A DNA stretch of 64,000 nt from Patescibacteria group bacterium (GTDB taxonomy: Bacteria > Patescibacteriota > Minisyncoccia > Phycocordibacterales > Phycocordibacteraceae). The stretch lies in NCBI GenBank assembly GCA_019752595.1, contig JAIELV010000001.1, positions 553,209 to 617,208 of the forward strand, in the 5' to 3' direction. Below, in pieces: positions 47,413-56,272 of this stretch (the first letter of the stretch is position 1; the number at the start of each line of letters is the position of its first letter). The position numbers and the translations under genes were made by a program. The notes beneath the pieces were generated by a model, which saw only the letters and a program-made list of their open reading frames with translations, did not search any database and was not told the origin of the DNA.

Positions 47413-47823
47413 TTAGGCTTTCGGTCTCTTAGCACCGTATCGTGAGCGACCGCGGCGGCGTTTCTCCAAACCTGCAGTGTCCAAACGGCCACGGACAACT
47501 TTGTAGCGAAGTGAAAGGTCTTTTGTACGACCACCGCGGAGCATAACCACAGAGTGTTCCTGAAGGTTGTGACCTTCTCCTGGAATGTATGCCGTAACTT
47601 CCATTCCGTTTGAAAGACGGACGCGGGCAATTTTACGAACAGCTGAGTTCGGCTTTCTTGGAGTCTTTGTAGTTACTTTCGTGCACACACCGCGCTTGAA
47701 CGGAGATGGATAGAAAGTAGGACGGTTATTCAATACGTTAAAACCGCGCTGTAGCGCTGTTGTTTTGCTCTTCCTCTTCTTGATAGTGCGAGGTTTGCGT
47801 CTGAGTTGATTGATTGTGGACAT
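47413..47823 (-). CDS. rpsL: 30S ribosomal protein S12
   Basis: [31 protein letters not shown]. Confidence 0.98.
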   Translation of the reverse strand: MSTINQLRRKPRTIKKRKSKTTALQRGFNVLNNRPTFYPSPFKRGVCTKVTTKTPRKPNSAVRKIARVRLSNGMEVTAYIPGEGHNLQEHSVVMLRGGRTKDLSLRYKVVRGRLDTAGLEKRRRGRSRYGAKRPKA

Positions 47824-47920
47824 TTGTCTACGAAAAACTGCCACAAAGGCAGTGCGCGTACTATACAGAATCGCTATTTAAAAAGCAAGGATAAGAGTCA
47901 GAGAATGCCGAAAACCTCGC

Positions 47921-47943
47921 TGTGCTATACTTAGTATAGCACA
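47921..47943. repeat. REP palindrome (RAYT family), dispersed copy
   Basis: tgtgctatacttagtatagcaca. Confidence 0.85.
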
Positions 47944-47952
47944 TTCTGGGGG

Positions 47953-48588
47953 TCAGAAGACAACCCCCGTCAGGAAACCGAAAATGGCACGAGTAATGCC
48001 TGAAAGCACTGGGGAGAGGAAGTTAAATATAACTATGAGGACAACGAGTAACCCTACTGGCCCAAGAGAGTAAGTTAGGTTCTCAAGTCCGCGATACTGA
48101 ATATAGAGAGCTGGCGGAAGAAATGCTGCAAGCACTTTTGAACCGTCCAACGGCGGGATAGGAAGCATGTTGAGAAGTGCGAGGCCCACATTGCTATAGG
48201 CAACCGCCGCAAGTATTTCCGTGCCACTCTCGGACATCACCCCTCCTGCGAATCGGATGACAAGTAGTGCAACAAAGGCAATAAGCATGTTTGTTGCGGG
48301 TCCTGCAAACCCTACGAGCGATTCACCCCACTTTCCGTACTTCAAGTTGTACGGATTTATGGGCACAGGCTTTGCCCACCCGAGTATGAAACCGCCAAGC
48401 ATAAAACCGATTCCTGGTATAAGCACTGAACCAACAGGATCGATGTGTGGAAAAGGATTGAGTGTCATCCTTCCCGCGTACTTTGCAGTTGGATCGCCGA
48501 GCCAGTACGCCACATAGCCGTGTGCAATCTCGTGAAGAATTATCGAAAAGATAATGAGCCCGAGAATTACAAAACCAATAGTTTCCAT
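47953..48588 (-). CDS. Site-2 protease (M50) family protein
   Basis: HEIAHG, NMLPIPPLDGSK. Confidence 0.93.
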   Translation of the reverse strand: METIGFVILGLIIFSIILHEIAHGYVAYWLGDPTAKYAGRMTLNPFPHIDPVGSVLIPGIGFMLGGFILGWAKPVPINPYNLKYGKWGESLVGFAGPATNMLIAFVALLVIRFAGGVMSESGTEILAAVAYSNVGLALLNMLPIPPLDGSKVLAAFLPPALYIQYRGLENLTYSLGPVGLLVVLIVIFNFLSPVLSGITRAIFGFLTGVVF

Positions 48589-48634
48589 GCGTATAAGTGT
48601 ACAGCGCGCAGGCTAAAGGGTACAGTTGATGTGA

Positions 48635-49324
48635 ATGCCGCAAAAAGATTTCTGGAACAAACAGTATAAAAATCCTACGCACCTTGAACTTTCAGACACG
48701 GCTTCTGAGGATTTGGAAAAATTTACTCGCTATCTTCTGCGCGAGCACGGGAAGAAATTTTTAAATGTCACCACGAAAACAGTGGACTTGGGTTGCGGGA
48801 ACGGAAGGAACCTTATTTATCTTGCCAAAGAATTTGGCGTCCACGGATTCGGGTACGACACTTCTAAGGAAGCGATCATGCAGGCACGCAAAAACGCAGG
48901 AGGGCTTCAGCTCACCTTCGAAGTCGGCTCCATTGCAGATCCAATTCCTCTTCCTGATTCATCAGTCATGCTGGCCCTCGACATGATGAGCTCGCATGTA
49001 CTTCTTCGCCATGAGCGCGAGCATTTGCGCTCAGAAATACTCCGCGTGCTTCGGCCTGGCGGTTGGCTTTTCTTTAAGTCATTCCTTTTGGACGATGACT
49101 TGAATGCTGAGCGCATGCTTCGCGAAAACCCTGGCCCTGAAATCGGCATGTACATGCATCCCGAAATCGGCGCGCCAGAATACGTGTGGACCGAACACGC
49201 ACTCAGAGAATTTTTCAATGGGTACCTAACAATTCATAAAATAGAAAAATCATTCAAACATCGCCACGCTGACGGCAGTGCGTGGAAACGCCGCACTATA
49301 TGTGCGTATCTTCAGAAAGTCTAG
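48635..49324 (+). CDS. Class I SAM-dependent methyltransferase
   Basis: DLGCGNGRN, RVLRPGG. Confidence 0.9.
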   Translation: MPQKDFWNKQYKNPTHLELSDTASEDLEKFTRYLLREHGKKFLNVTTKTVDLGCGNGRNLIYLAKEFGVHGFGYDTSKEAIMQARKNAGGLQLTFEVGSIADPIPLPDSSVMLALDMMSSHVLLRHEREHLRSEILRVLRPGGWLFFKSFLLDDDLNAERMLRENPGPEIGMYMHPEIGAPEYVWTEHALREFFNGYLTIHKIEKSFKHRHADGSAWKRRTICAYLQKV

Positions 49325-49575
49325 TCTTCGGGCGGATATTCAAAATACGCTGGTGCCCCACTACAATTTCCGATTGGCCGAGCATCGTTCATCGCCTGAA
49401 TAATTTCGGGTTCATCAGCAAACATTACTTCAAAAAAGTGCGTACTACTTTCTCGTCCTTTCATGCACTCAAACCTCCGAGTCTTCTTTACTGCATCAAC
49501 AAAAATTACTAGGCGCGGACACATCGTGTCATGACGAAGACAAACTTTTTCCACATGGCCTTCAGGAATTGCCAT
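49321..49575 (-). CDS. Cys-rich microprotein (paralog A)
   Basis: HVEKVC...C..L...CMK...NCSGAP. Confidence 0.65.
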   Translation of the reverse strand: MAIPEGHVEKVCLRHDTMCPRLVIFVDAVKKTRRFECMKGRESSTHFFEVMFADEPEIIQAMNDARPIGNCSGAPAYFEYPPED

Positions 49576-49578
49576 AAC

Positions 49579-49848
49579 CTACTCCACCCGTCCCGTAATT
49601 AGAAAATCAGGAGCGCCAGTGCAATTTTCACCCTGAGGATCGCCAGGAAATGTTTTTAAATCGATTTTTCTGTAAAAGTGAGCCTGTTTATATCCAACGT
49701 TTGCTTTCATACACAAAGGTCCAGCACTACCGCCAACGGCCAAAAATTTGCAGGCTTTTTCTCCCTGCCCGTGACGGCACACTTTCTTTAAGTGTGCTTC
49801 ACTTGGAACAGGGTCTCCTGTCGCCTTTTCCTTTGCCACTGATGCCAT
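49579..49848 (-). CDS. Cys-rich microprotein (paralog B)
   Basis: HLKKVC...CKFL...CMK...NCTGAP. Confidence 0.65.
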   Translation of the reverse strand: MASVAKEKATGDPVPSEAHLKKVCRHGQGEKACKFLAVGGSAGPLCMKANVGYKQAHFYRKIDLKTFPGDPQGENCTGAPDFLITGRVE

Positions 49849-49932
49849 ACCCCTAGAGCCTACTCTTCTCGGTGTGCGCGTCAAGAACGCTGATTTGTCA
49901 AAAAAAGGCTCATATAGTAGTATGCTCGGACT

Positions 49933-50175
49933 ATGGCAAAGGAATGCGCAATCACTGGCAAATCATCCCTTACAGGAGGGCGCTATTCGAACAGAACTCG
50001 CGCAACCCAGTACAACCCTACGGTGAAGGTCCGCAGAAAGGCTAACCTCCAGAAGAGGAAGATTTTTATACCTGAACTCAACAAAACTATTACCTTGACC
50101 GTCTCTGCTCGCGCATTGAAGACCATCGGTAAGCGCGGTGCATACGCTACGCTTAAGAAAGCAGGCGTCGTTTAA
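49933..50175 (+). CDS. rpmB: 50S ribosomal protein L28
   Basis: MAKECAITGK, ANLQ, VSARALKT. Confidence 0.92.
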   Translation: MAKECAITGKSSLTGGRYSNRTRATQYNPTVKVRRKANLQKRKIFIPELNKTITLTVSARALKTIGKRGAYATLKKAGVV

Positions 50176-50178
50176 GCG

Positions 50179-50418
50179 ATGTCAGAGAAGCCATCACTTG
50201 AGTACCTCAGATCTGAGCTTGACCGACTTGGCTGTAATGGGTCAGCTCGGATATATCGCGAAGCAAGGTCCGCGGGGTATGGAGTGTGCCTTCTGTGTTC
50301 TGCGTTGATGCGAAGTCCTTCAGGTCCATGCAATTCGTGCGGTTTCGGAACCACTCCTCTTGGTAGAAATGCGGATGTTGGAGCACTAATGCCTGAGACT
50401 AGCCGTCTCGCCGTCTGA
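50179..50418 (+). CDS. Small protein with CxxC...CxxC
   Basis: CLLC and CNSC; starts 3 nt after the rpmB stop. Confidence 0.5.
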   Translation: MSEKPSLEYLRSELDRLGCNGSARIYREARSAGYGVCLLCSALMRSPSGPCNSCGFGTTPLGRNADVGALMPETSRLAV

Positions 50419-51216
50419 AACAAACGTAATCATTCCTTCCCTACACGTATCGAGTGTGGGGATTTTTAATTTCTCAAATAGCGCGACAACCGTTTCGTGT
50501 GGGTGACCATAACTGTTGCCGCATCCTCGAGAGAAAATAGCGTACTGCGGGTTGACCGCTGTCACAAAACTTTCTACGTTCGATGTTTTTGAGCCGTGGT
50601 GCCCCACTTTCAATACATCGCTCTGCAATTTTTCTCCGTAACTAGCGAGCAAAGATTTTTCTACCGAAAGCGGCGCATCGCCCGTCAACATAAATTCAAC
50701 TTCTCCGTACACCACACGCAGAATAATTGAACCTGCGTTTGTATCTTTAAGACTTGAAACGTCTGTGGTGGGATACAAAACATCTGCGTACACATCTTCC
50801 CCAAGCATGAATCGCATACCGCGCCGCGCGAGGATACGCGCGGCGTTTTCTGACTGCGCTCCCAACTCAAACGAACGCGTGAACGAAGTATTGTGAGAAA
50901 CTCCAGATTCAACAATTGTGCCGATATCGTACCTCTTCAGCACGTCCACCAGTCCGCCGATGTGGTCCTTGTCGGGGTGCGTGGCAACAACCGCATCAAT
51001 ACTCCTATCCCAAAACGGCATGCGATTTCCTAAACCACGAAGGACTGAAGAATCGGGCCCGCCGTCAATCAAAAGCTCAACGCCGTCTTTCGTTTGAATA
51101 AAAATCGCATCACCCTGTCCGACATCAAAAAAAGAAACCGTAAGCCCGTTCGGAGTCGGCACTGCGAAAACAATTGCACAGAGGGCAATCAAAACAAGAA
51201 TGAAAACAGCGCGCAT
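50386..51216 (-). CDS. ComEC/Rec2-type MBL-fold domain protein
   Basis: FDVGQGDA, THPDKDHIGG, LTGD, LKVGHHGS, YGHP. Confidence 0.92.
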   Translation of the reverse strand: MRAVFILVLIALCAIVFAVPTPNGLTVSFFDVGQGDAIFIQTKDGVELLIDGGPDSSVLRGLGNRMPFWDRSIDAVVATHPDKDHIGGLVDVLKRYDIGTIVESGVSHNTSFTRSFELGAQSENAARILARRGMRFMLGEDVYADVLYPTTDVSSLKDTNAGSIILRVVYGEVEFMLTGDAPLSVEKSLLASYGEKLQSDVLKVGHHGSKTSNVESFVTAVNPQYAIFSRGCGNSYGHPHETVVALFEKLKIPTLDTCREGMITFVSDGETASLRH

Positions 51217-51245
51217 GCCATAATGGTATCTCTAAACAAACATAT

Positions 51246-51818
51246 ATGTACACCGCTCAAAAATTCACCTTTAACGCTCTCGATGGGATTTCCGAGAAGC
51301 AGTTGGACGTTCATATAAAGCTTTACGAAGGCTACGTAAAATTTTTAAACACCCTTGAATCGGTGCAGGCGGATTTGATGAAAGACTCTGAGAAAAACGC
51401 GTACGCGCTTTCCGAAGTCACTCGCCGAATTGGATTCGAATGGAACGGTATGCGCATGCATGAACACTACTTCTCACAGTGGGAAGGCGCTCCCTCACCT
51501 ATCGGCGGGAAATTGGCGGAGGCGCTTTCGGCTCAGTATGGCTCGTACGATGCGTGGCTCGCCCAATTCAAAGGAGTTTCAATGATGCGCGGTATCGGTT
51601 GGGCAATACTTTCCTACGACGCGAAAACAAACCGCTTCACCAATCACTTCGTCGCCGACCACGAGCTTGGGCAATTGAACGGCCTCACCACGATTCTTGC
51701 CCTCGACATGTGGGAGCACGCCTTTATGGTAGATTACGTACCTGCTGAAAAAGCAAAATATGTAGAGGCTTTCTCCAAAAACCTGAACGGAGATGCTATA
51801 ACAAAACGCTATGGGTAA
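51246..51818 (+). CDS. Fe/Mn superoxide dismutase
   Basis: H..LYEGYV, HEHYF, LDMWEHAF. Confidence 0.9.
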   Translation: MYTAQKFTFNALDGISEKQLDVHIKLYEGYVKFLNTLESVQADLMKDSEKNAYALSEVTRRIGFEWNGMRMHEHYFSQWEGAPSPIGGKLAEALSAQYGSYDAWLAQFKGVSMMRGIGWAILSYDAKTNRFTNHFVADHELGQLNGLTTILALDMWEHAFMVDYVPAEKAKYVEAFSKNLNGDAITKRYG

Positions 51819-51984
51819 TCATGAGAGAAAAATAGCTACTGATGCGGGAGGGCGCCCGCTATCCCTTTTTGAGTTATTGATTGCAAACGGTTTCAGACTT
51901 GCCGTTAAAGAGCGAGAACAGAGGGCGCGAGAAAACAACGAACCTGAACCGCCGAGAGGAGGCGCAACAGGAATGTGGTCTTAA
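51811..51984 (+). CDS. Small hypothetical protein (57 aa)
   Basis: Hand translation MGNHERKIATDAGGRPLSLFELL...GMWS; overlaps the sod stop. Confidence 0.4.
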   Translation: MGNHERKIATDAGGRPLSLFELLIANGFRLAVKEREQRARENNEPEPPRGGATGMWS

Positions 51985-52007
51985 TAAGCTAATGTATTGA
52001 AAGAATT

Positions 52008-52175
52008 ATGGTTATAGAACTCGGCCCTGACAATGCGTATTTAAGAAGACAAGAAGCTCTAAAACGAGAAAAGCCGATTAAAGAAGAGGCGAAAATCCCC
52101 GTGCCGACGGAGGACCAGAAGCATTGGCTAGCAAGTGGTCGTGGCGTAGTGAGCGAGACAGATATTTTCTCTTAA
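52008..52175 (+). CDS. Small hypothetical protein (55 aa)
   Basis: Hand translation MVIELGPDNAYLRRQEAL...TDIFS. Confidence 0.45.
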   Translation: MVIELGPDNAYLRRQEALKREKPIKEEAKIPVPTEDQKHWLASGRGVVSETDIFS

Positions 52176-52263
52176 GACGGCGGCACTGGAAAAGAGGTTT
52201 GCATAACAGGCAAGCGAATTTTACTTTTTACAAAAGTATTGTGTAGTGCTATACTCCCCCGCA

Positions 52264-52722
52264 ATGAGCGCGGAAGGTGCACCAGCAGGAGGAGAAGTAG
52301 CGAATGACAATAAAAAATTGCCAGGGCCAGTTTGGTTTATTTCCGAAGTGCTAAAACCGATTCCTGTATTTGTGCCAATTGTCGGTGGTCTTGCGGTGAA
52401 GGGTGAAGAGGCTGGTCACAGTGACGACCACGGCGGCGGCCACGGTGATGAACACGGAGGAGGACATGGCGACGACCATGGCGGAGGTCATGGAGACGCG
52501 CACGGCGGAGATCATGGTGGTGGTCACGGAGATGCACATGGTGGTGGACACGGAGAAGCACATGGCGGTGAAGCGCATGGTGACGGCCATGGCGGTGAAC
52601 ACGGAGGTGGACACGGAACTGAAGCCGCGCACGGAGCTGAAGCAGCCCATGACGCTGATCCGCATGCCCCAGCAAATGATCACGCCCCAGCGCCTGCAGC
52701 GGCACACCGCACGGCGGCGTAA
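52264..52722 (+). CDS. His/Gly-rich repeat protein
   Basis: (HGGGHGD/E)n repeats; TATACT 9 nt before ATG. Confidence 0.75.
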   Translation: MSAEGAPAGGEVANDNKKLPGPVWFISEVLKPIPVFVPIVGGLAVKGEEAGHSDDHGGGHGDEHGGGHGDDHGGGHGDAHGGDHGGGHGDAHGGGHGEAHGGEAHGDGHGGEHGGGHGTEAAHGAEAAHDADPHAPANDHAPAPAAAHRTAA

Positions 52723-52740
52723 TAAATAATTTTAAACGTT

Positions 52741-52923
52741 ATGACTGAAGGAGAAAAAGAAAAAGCAGGGATAGACACATCGGACACAGATGTTTCAGTG
52801 CCTACCACCAGAACTCCCGTTATTGTCCGCGCACCACGCACGCGAGCTGATGAACTAGACATTGAACGCCTACGCGAGCGTGGCTTCGACCCGCAAATAG
52901 CTTCTGAAGATAAAACTGAATAA
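52741..52923 (+). CDS. Small hypothetical protein
   Basis: 60-aa ORF convergent with comEC. Confidence 0.45.
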   Translation: MTEGEKEKAGIDTSDTDVSVPTTRTPVIVRAPRTRADELDIERLRERGFDPQIASEDKTE

Positions 52924-52926
52924 CCT

Positions 52927-54273
52927 TCAATTGATGGTTTTTGATTTTGAAACAAACAGAAATGCGAGCGCATAGAGTGCGAGCAACATTCCGAGCGTTT
53001 CAAGTGAAAGCTCTGCAGGAATTGCAAATGCGGAGAAAGAAAAACTGCCGAGCCACACGGAAATTTGAATGATGTAGTGGAGAATTGCATACGCAAGCGC
53101 GGTGAATGGAAACGCTAGGACGGAGGAAAGCAGGCTCACGATTGCCGCCACGAAACCAAAAAGCATTGCCGCTGGGACCGCTGGCAAGACGAGGATGTTT
53201 GCGATGAGAGAAACAACAGAGACGGAACCAATAGAAAAAATCAAAAGCGGAAGCACAGTGATTTGTGTGGCAACTGTGGTGGCAACAATTTCTCTCAAGC
53301 CTAAAGTTTCAGGCACAAACTGCATTCGTTTTTGCAGGGGATTCGAAAACAGCACGAGCCCCAGTGTGGCGAGCATCGACAACTGATACGAAAGGTCAAA
53401 CAGCACCAGATACGGATTGAAAAGCGCCATGCCCGCACCTGCAATGAGAAGTATGCGCACGCCTTCCGTGGGACGTCGCAAGAATTGCGCAAGAAGCACA
53501 ATGAGCGCCATCACTGATGCGCGAACGCCCGTTTCCGTGGCGCCCGTCATGACCACGAACGCCAGTATGCCAACGCCCGCAACAGCGAGCGCAACGCCAC
53601 GGGAGAAAATTCTTTGCGCAATAAATAAAATCGCACCTATGACGAGAGCGACGTTGTAGCCTGAAAGGACAATTATGTGCACCACTCCTGCGTTTCGGAA
53701 TGATTCAGTAATTTTTTCTCCAAGCGATTGTTTTTCTCCAAGCAGTAACCCCGCCAAAAGCGCGCTTTCTGGCTCAGGAAGCGCGCGCTGTATGCCTTCG
53801 ACGAGTGCGTGTTTCAATCCCAAAAGCGTGGCGACTAACACGTTCCCCTCTCCACTGCCGAGAACTTCGACATCGGCAAACTGTACGGTGTGCGTGACGC
53901 CGTGCGCCAAAAGATATTTCGGGTAATCAAACGTTCTGCCGCCATCAGTTTCGAACGGTTCAGGGAGTTTCAGTTTCCCTGAAACGGTTATGCGGTCGCC
54001 GTAGCTGATGTCTGAAAAGCGGTCGACCGAAGCAAGTATTCTTCCTTTTGTTTGTTCTTCGTTTACTGTGTCTACGTCGACGGTGAGGAAAATAAATTTC
54101 TCTCTGATATCAGGGTCGCGTGAAACTACACCTTCAATTACCGTTTCGGTGTCTACAGCCGAGGTGAGAGCGGGCGAAACAGGAGCAGGAGCGAAAACGG
54201 AATACAGCGCGGCGCCGAAAATAACAAAAACACAGAGAATAGGGACTATTCCACGCGCTACCCAGTGGGGCAT
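52927..54273 (-). CDS. comEC: Competence protein ComEC (OB-fold plus membrane domain)
   Basis: FDYPKYL, AGVVHIIVLSGYN, SYQLSMLAT, ANILVLP. Confidence 0.92.
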   Translation of the reverse strand: MPHWVARGIVPILCVFVIFGAALYSVFAPAPVSPALTSAVDTETVIEGVVSRDPDIREKFIFLTVDVDTVNEEQTKGRILASVDRFSDISYGDRITVSGKLKLPEPFETDGGRTFDYPKYLLAHGVTHTVQFADVEVLGSGEGNVLVATLLGLKHALVEGIQRALPEPESALLAGLLLGEKQSLGEKITESFRNAGVVHIIVLSGYNVALVIGAILFIAQRIFSRGVALAVAGVGILAFVVMTGATETGVRASVMALIVLLAQFLRRPTEGVRILLIAGAGMALFNPYLVLFDLSYQLSMLATLGLVLFSNPLQKRMQFVPETLGLREIVATTVATQITVLPLLIFSIGSVSVVSLIANILVLPAVPAAMLFGFVAAIVSLLSSVLAFPFTALAYAILHYIIQISVWLGSFSFSAFAIPAELSLETLGMLLALYALAFLFVSKSKTIN

Positions 54274-54326
54274 TGAATAATGTTACCGCGCTCTATGTGT
54301 CTTGATGCGCGCTCTCTATAATTAGT

Positions 54327-54360
54327 ATGTCAACGTGTTACCATGGTAACACGTTGACAT
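54327..54360. repeat. Perfect 34-bp palindrome
   Basis: atgtcaacgtgttacca|tggtaacacgttgacat. Confidence 0.85.
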
Positions 54361-54455
54361 TAAGACAGGATGTCAGGATGTGGCGGTAGGTCAGGATATG
54401 ACGGTAGACTTTGCCGTGGTGTTTATGCACCGCGCATGCTTATGCGCCGCGGCAC

Positions 54456-54872
54456 TTATGACCCACGATCCATGGCGTCGTTCGCGTATTGGTCGGCCAC
54501 TTTGTTTTCTTCGCGTGGGACGTGCTGGAATTTGATGTTGGGAAACGATTCCATAATCAAGAGGCGGACTTCCTGATGTTTCTCCTTCAACACTGGGTGT
54601 TTTACCTTATATTCCCCCTTCATCTGTTTCACAATCAGTTCCGAGTCCATTTTGATGGTGACAGGGGCAGTGACGGGGCTTCCGAGAACTTTGTGTGTAG
54701 TTTGAAGTGCAAGAATCAGCGCTTCGTATTCGGCAAAGTTGTTTGTCTGAATTCCGAGGTATTTAGAAACGTGTGCGATTTCAACATCGTCCTTATATAT
54801 AACCGCCCCAGAACCTGCTGGCCCTGGATTCCCGCGTGAACCTCCGTCTGTGAAAATAGTTACTTCAGCCAT
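54456..54872 (-). CDS. rnhA: Ribonuclease HI family protein
   Basis: FTDGGSRGNPG, TNNFAEY, DSEL, HVPREENKVAD. Confidence 0.93.
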   Translation of the reverse strand: MAEVTIFTDGGSRGNPGPAGSGAVIYKDDVEIAHVSKYLGIQTNNFAEYEALILALQTTHKVLGSPVTAPVTIKMDSELIVKQMKGEYKVKHPVLKEKHQEVRLLIMESFPNIKFQHVPREENKVADQYANDAMDRGS

Positions 54873-54928
54873 CGACGTAGTTTACCCTGCATTCGAGAGT
54901 AACTAAAAAGAAATTTCTTAGTTCATTG

Positions 54929-56203
54929 TTACCTAAAAAGTAAATCAATACCCCTTAGCGAATCTCTATAAAGCTCTAATAACGCTCTTTGAATTTTGAG
55001 CCAATCACCATTTTTATAGAATTCTAGAAGGTCTAATTTGGTCAACGCTTTTACCATACCCTCTTGATCGTCCGGATGTGCGGATTTATTAGGAACCAAG
55101 TTAAGACGTCTTAGCCCAAATAGATCATCAGGGACATCTTTTGAACGCGAAATCAAAAATAAATAAAACTTATTCAGCGGGGCTTTCATTTCTTCCTCAT
55201 TTGTGTTGGGAATGTGTTGCTTTGCAGTTTCGAAATCTATGCCATGATTTTCTATGCTTTCATGGAAAAGCATACTTGTCGCCCTTAGATCAATAGCGGA
55301 TTTAATGAGTTCAGCCTCGCTGTTAGCGTTTCGCATTTGCGAAGCAAGTAAATCTGAATCGGGGAGTAATTGGAATCCGAACCCACTGTCGGAAAGAGTA
55401 TGAAGGTTAATGGTTCTTTTAAGTCGATAAATTTCATCGATGACGTCCGCATTAGAAAATGTAGTGGCGGTAGATTCCGCTTTCTTTTCCGATTCTTTTT
55501 TTAAATCTTTCTTTATTCGATCGTGTTTCGCAGTGACTAGCTCCTTAGCTCTATCATTGCCATCCTCAAGAATCATTTCTTCAAGTTTTGTGACAAGACT
55601 TCCGTTCCAAGTGGTTAAGACTTCAGCGATTACATTATCAGATTTTGAATCTACTAGGGACTGAAAATTATCTATAAACCATTGGAGGTATTTTGTTGGA
55701 TCTAATTCTAAGAGTGCGCGGATCGCCGTTTCTCTAGTATCTTTTTGAAGTTTTTGTTTTTTTACAATAGTTAGAAATTGAGCGTCAACGCCTTGAAGTG
55801 CTCCAGCAAATTTTAAAAACTTCGCCATTTGCGAGATGTCGAAAGGTAAGAAATCATCATCGGAAGAGAGTATCTCTTTTATGCGAGAGATAACCCGATC
55901 GTCAAGAAAATTTATATCGGCAAGATAGTCTAAACTCCAAATAAAGGCTGCTTCGGGAGATTTGGGGTCGGAAGCAACGTCGGTTAAAAATTTTTTAACT
56001 TGTGGGGATGAGTATTTTTTCAAACTAGAAATGAAATAATGCGGAATGGTTGAGTCTGTAAACCGATAGTAAGTTTTCATAATTGCCCCAGTAAAGGAGG
56101 GATCTTTGATTTCATCCATCTCATTAAGTACTCTTACTACTTCACGTGAATCTTCAGCTGCCAAAAGATCTACAATTAAATTCCCGTTATGTTCGTCTGC
56201 CAT
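54929..56203 (-). CDS. AT-rich hypothetical protein, HEAT-like N-terminus and HEPN-like C-terminus
   Basis: 424-aa ORF, visibly more AT-rich than its neighbours; LRRLNLVPNKSAH. Confidence 0.6.
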   Translation of the reverse strand: MADEHNGNLIVDLLAAEDSREVVRVLNEMDEIKDPSFTGAIMKTYYRFTDSTIPHYFISSLKKYSSPQVKKFLTDVASDPKSPEAAFIWSLDYLADINFLDDRVISRIKEILSSDDDFLPFDISQMAKFLKFAGALQGVDAQFLTIVKKQKLQKDTRETAIRALLELDPTKYLQWFIDNFQSLVDSKSDNVIAEVLTTWNGSLVTKLEEMILEDGNDRAKELVTAKHDRIKKDLKKESEKKAESTATTFSNADVIDEIYRLKRTINLHTLSDSGFGFQLLPDSDLLASQMRNANSEAELIKSAIDLRATSMLFHESIENHGIDFETAKQHIPNTNEEEMKAPLNKFYLFLISRSKDVPDDLFGLRRLNLVPNKSAHPDDQEGMVKALTKLDLLEFYKNGDWLKIQRALLELYRDSLRGIDLLFR

Positions 56204-56272
56204 ATTTAAATTTTATTCTATAAGTATCCTTCTAACGATTAAGCGTGTGCGGTCACCTTACCCAGACTCAAA

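Noticed and set aside
31763-47844. Long N-terminal extensions of rpsH, rpsN, rpmC, rpsS and rpsL in the ORF track
   Set aside because: Artefacts of longest-ORF calling; downstream ATGs give the canonical N-termini
52337-52729. Alternative-frame ORFs over the His-rich gene
   Set aside because: Stop-free frames are a by-product of the His/Gly codon repeats
54368-54410. 18-bp imperfect tandem repeat (gtcaggatrtgrcggtag) and ORF 54370-54576
   Set aside because: Only two copies, and the ORF runs antisense into rnhA; no supportable function
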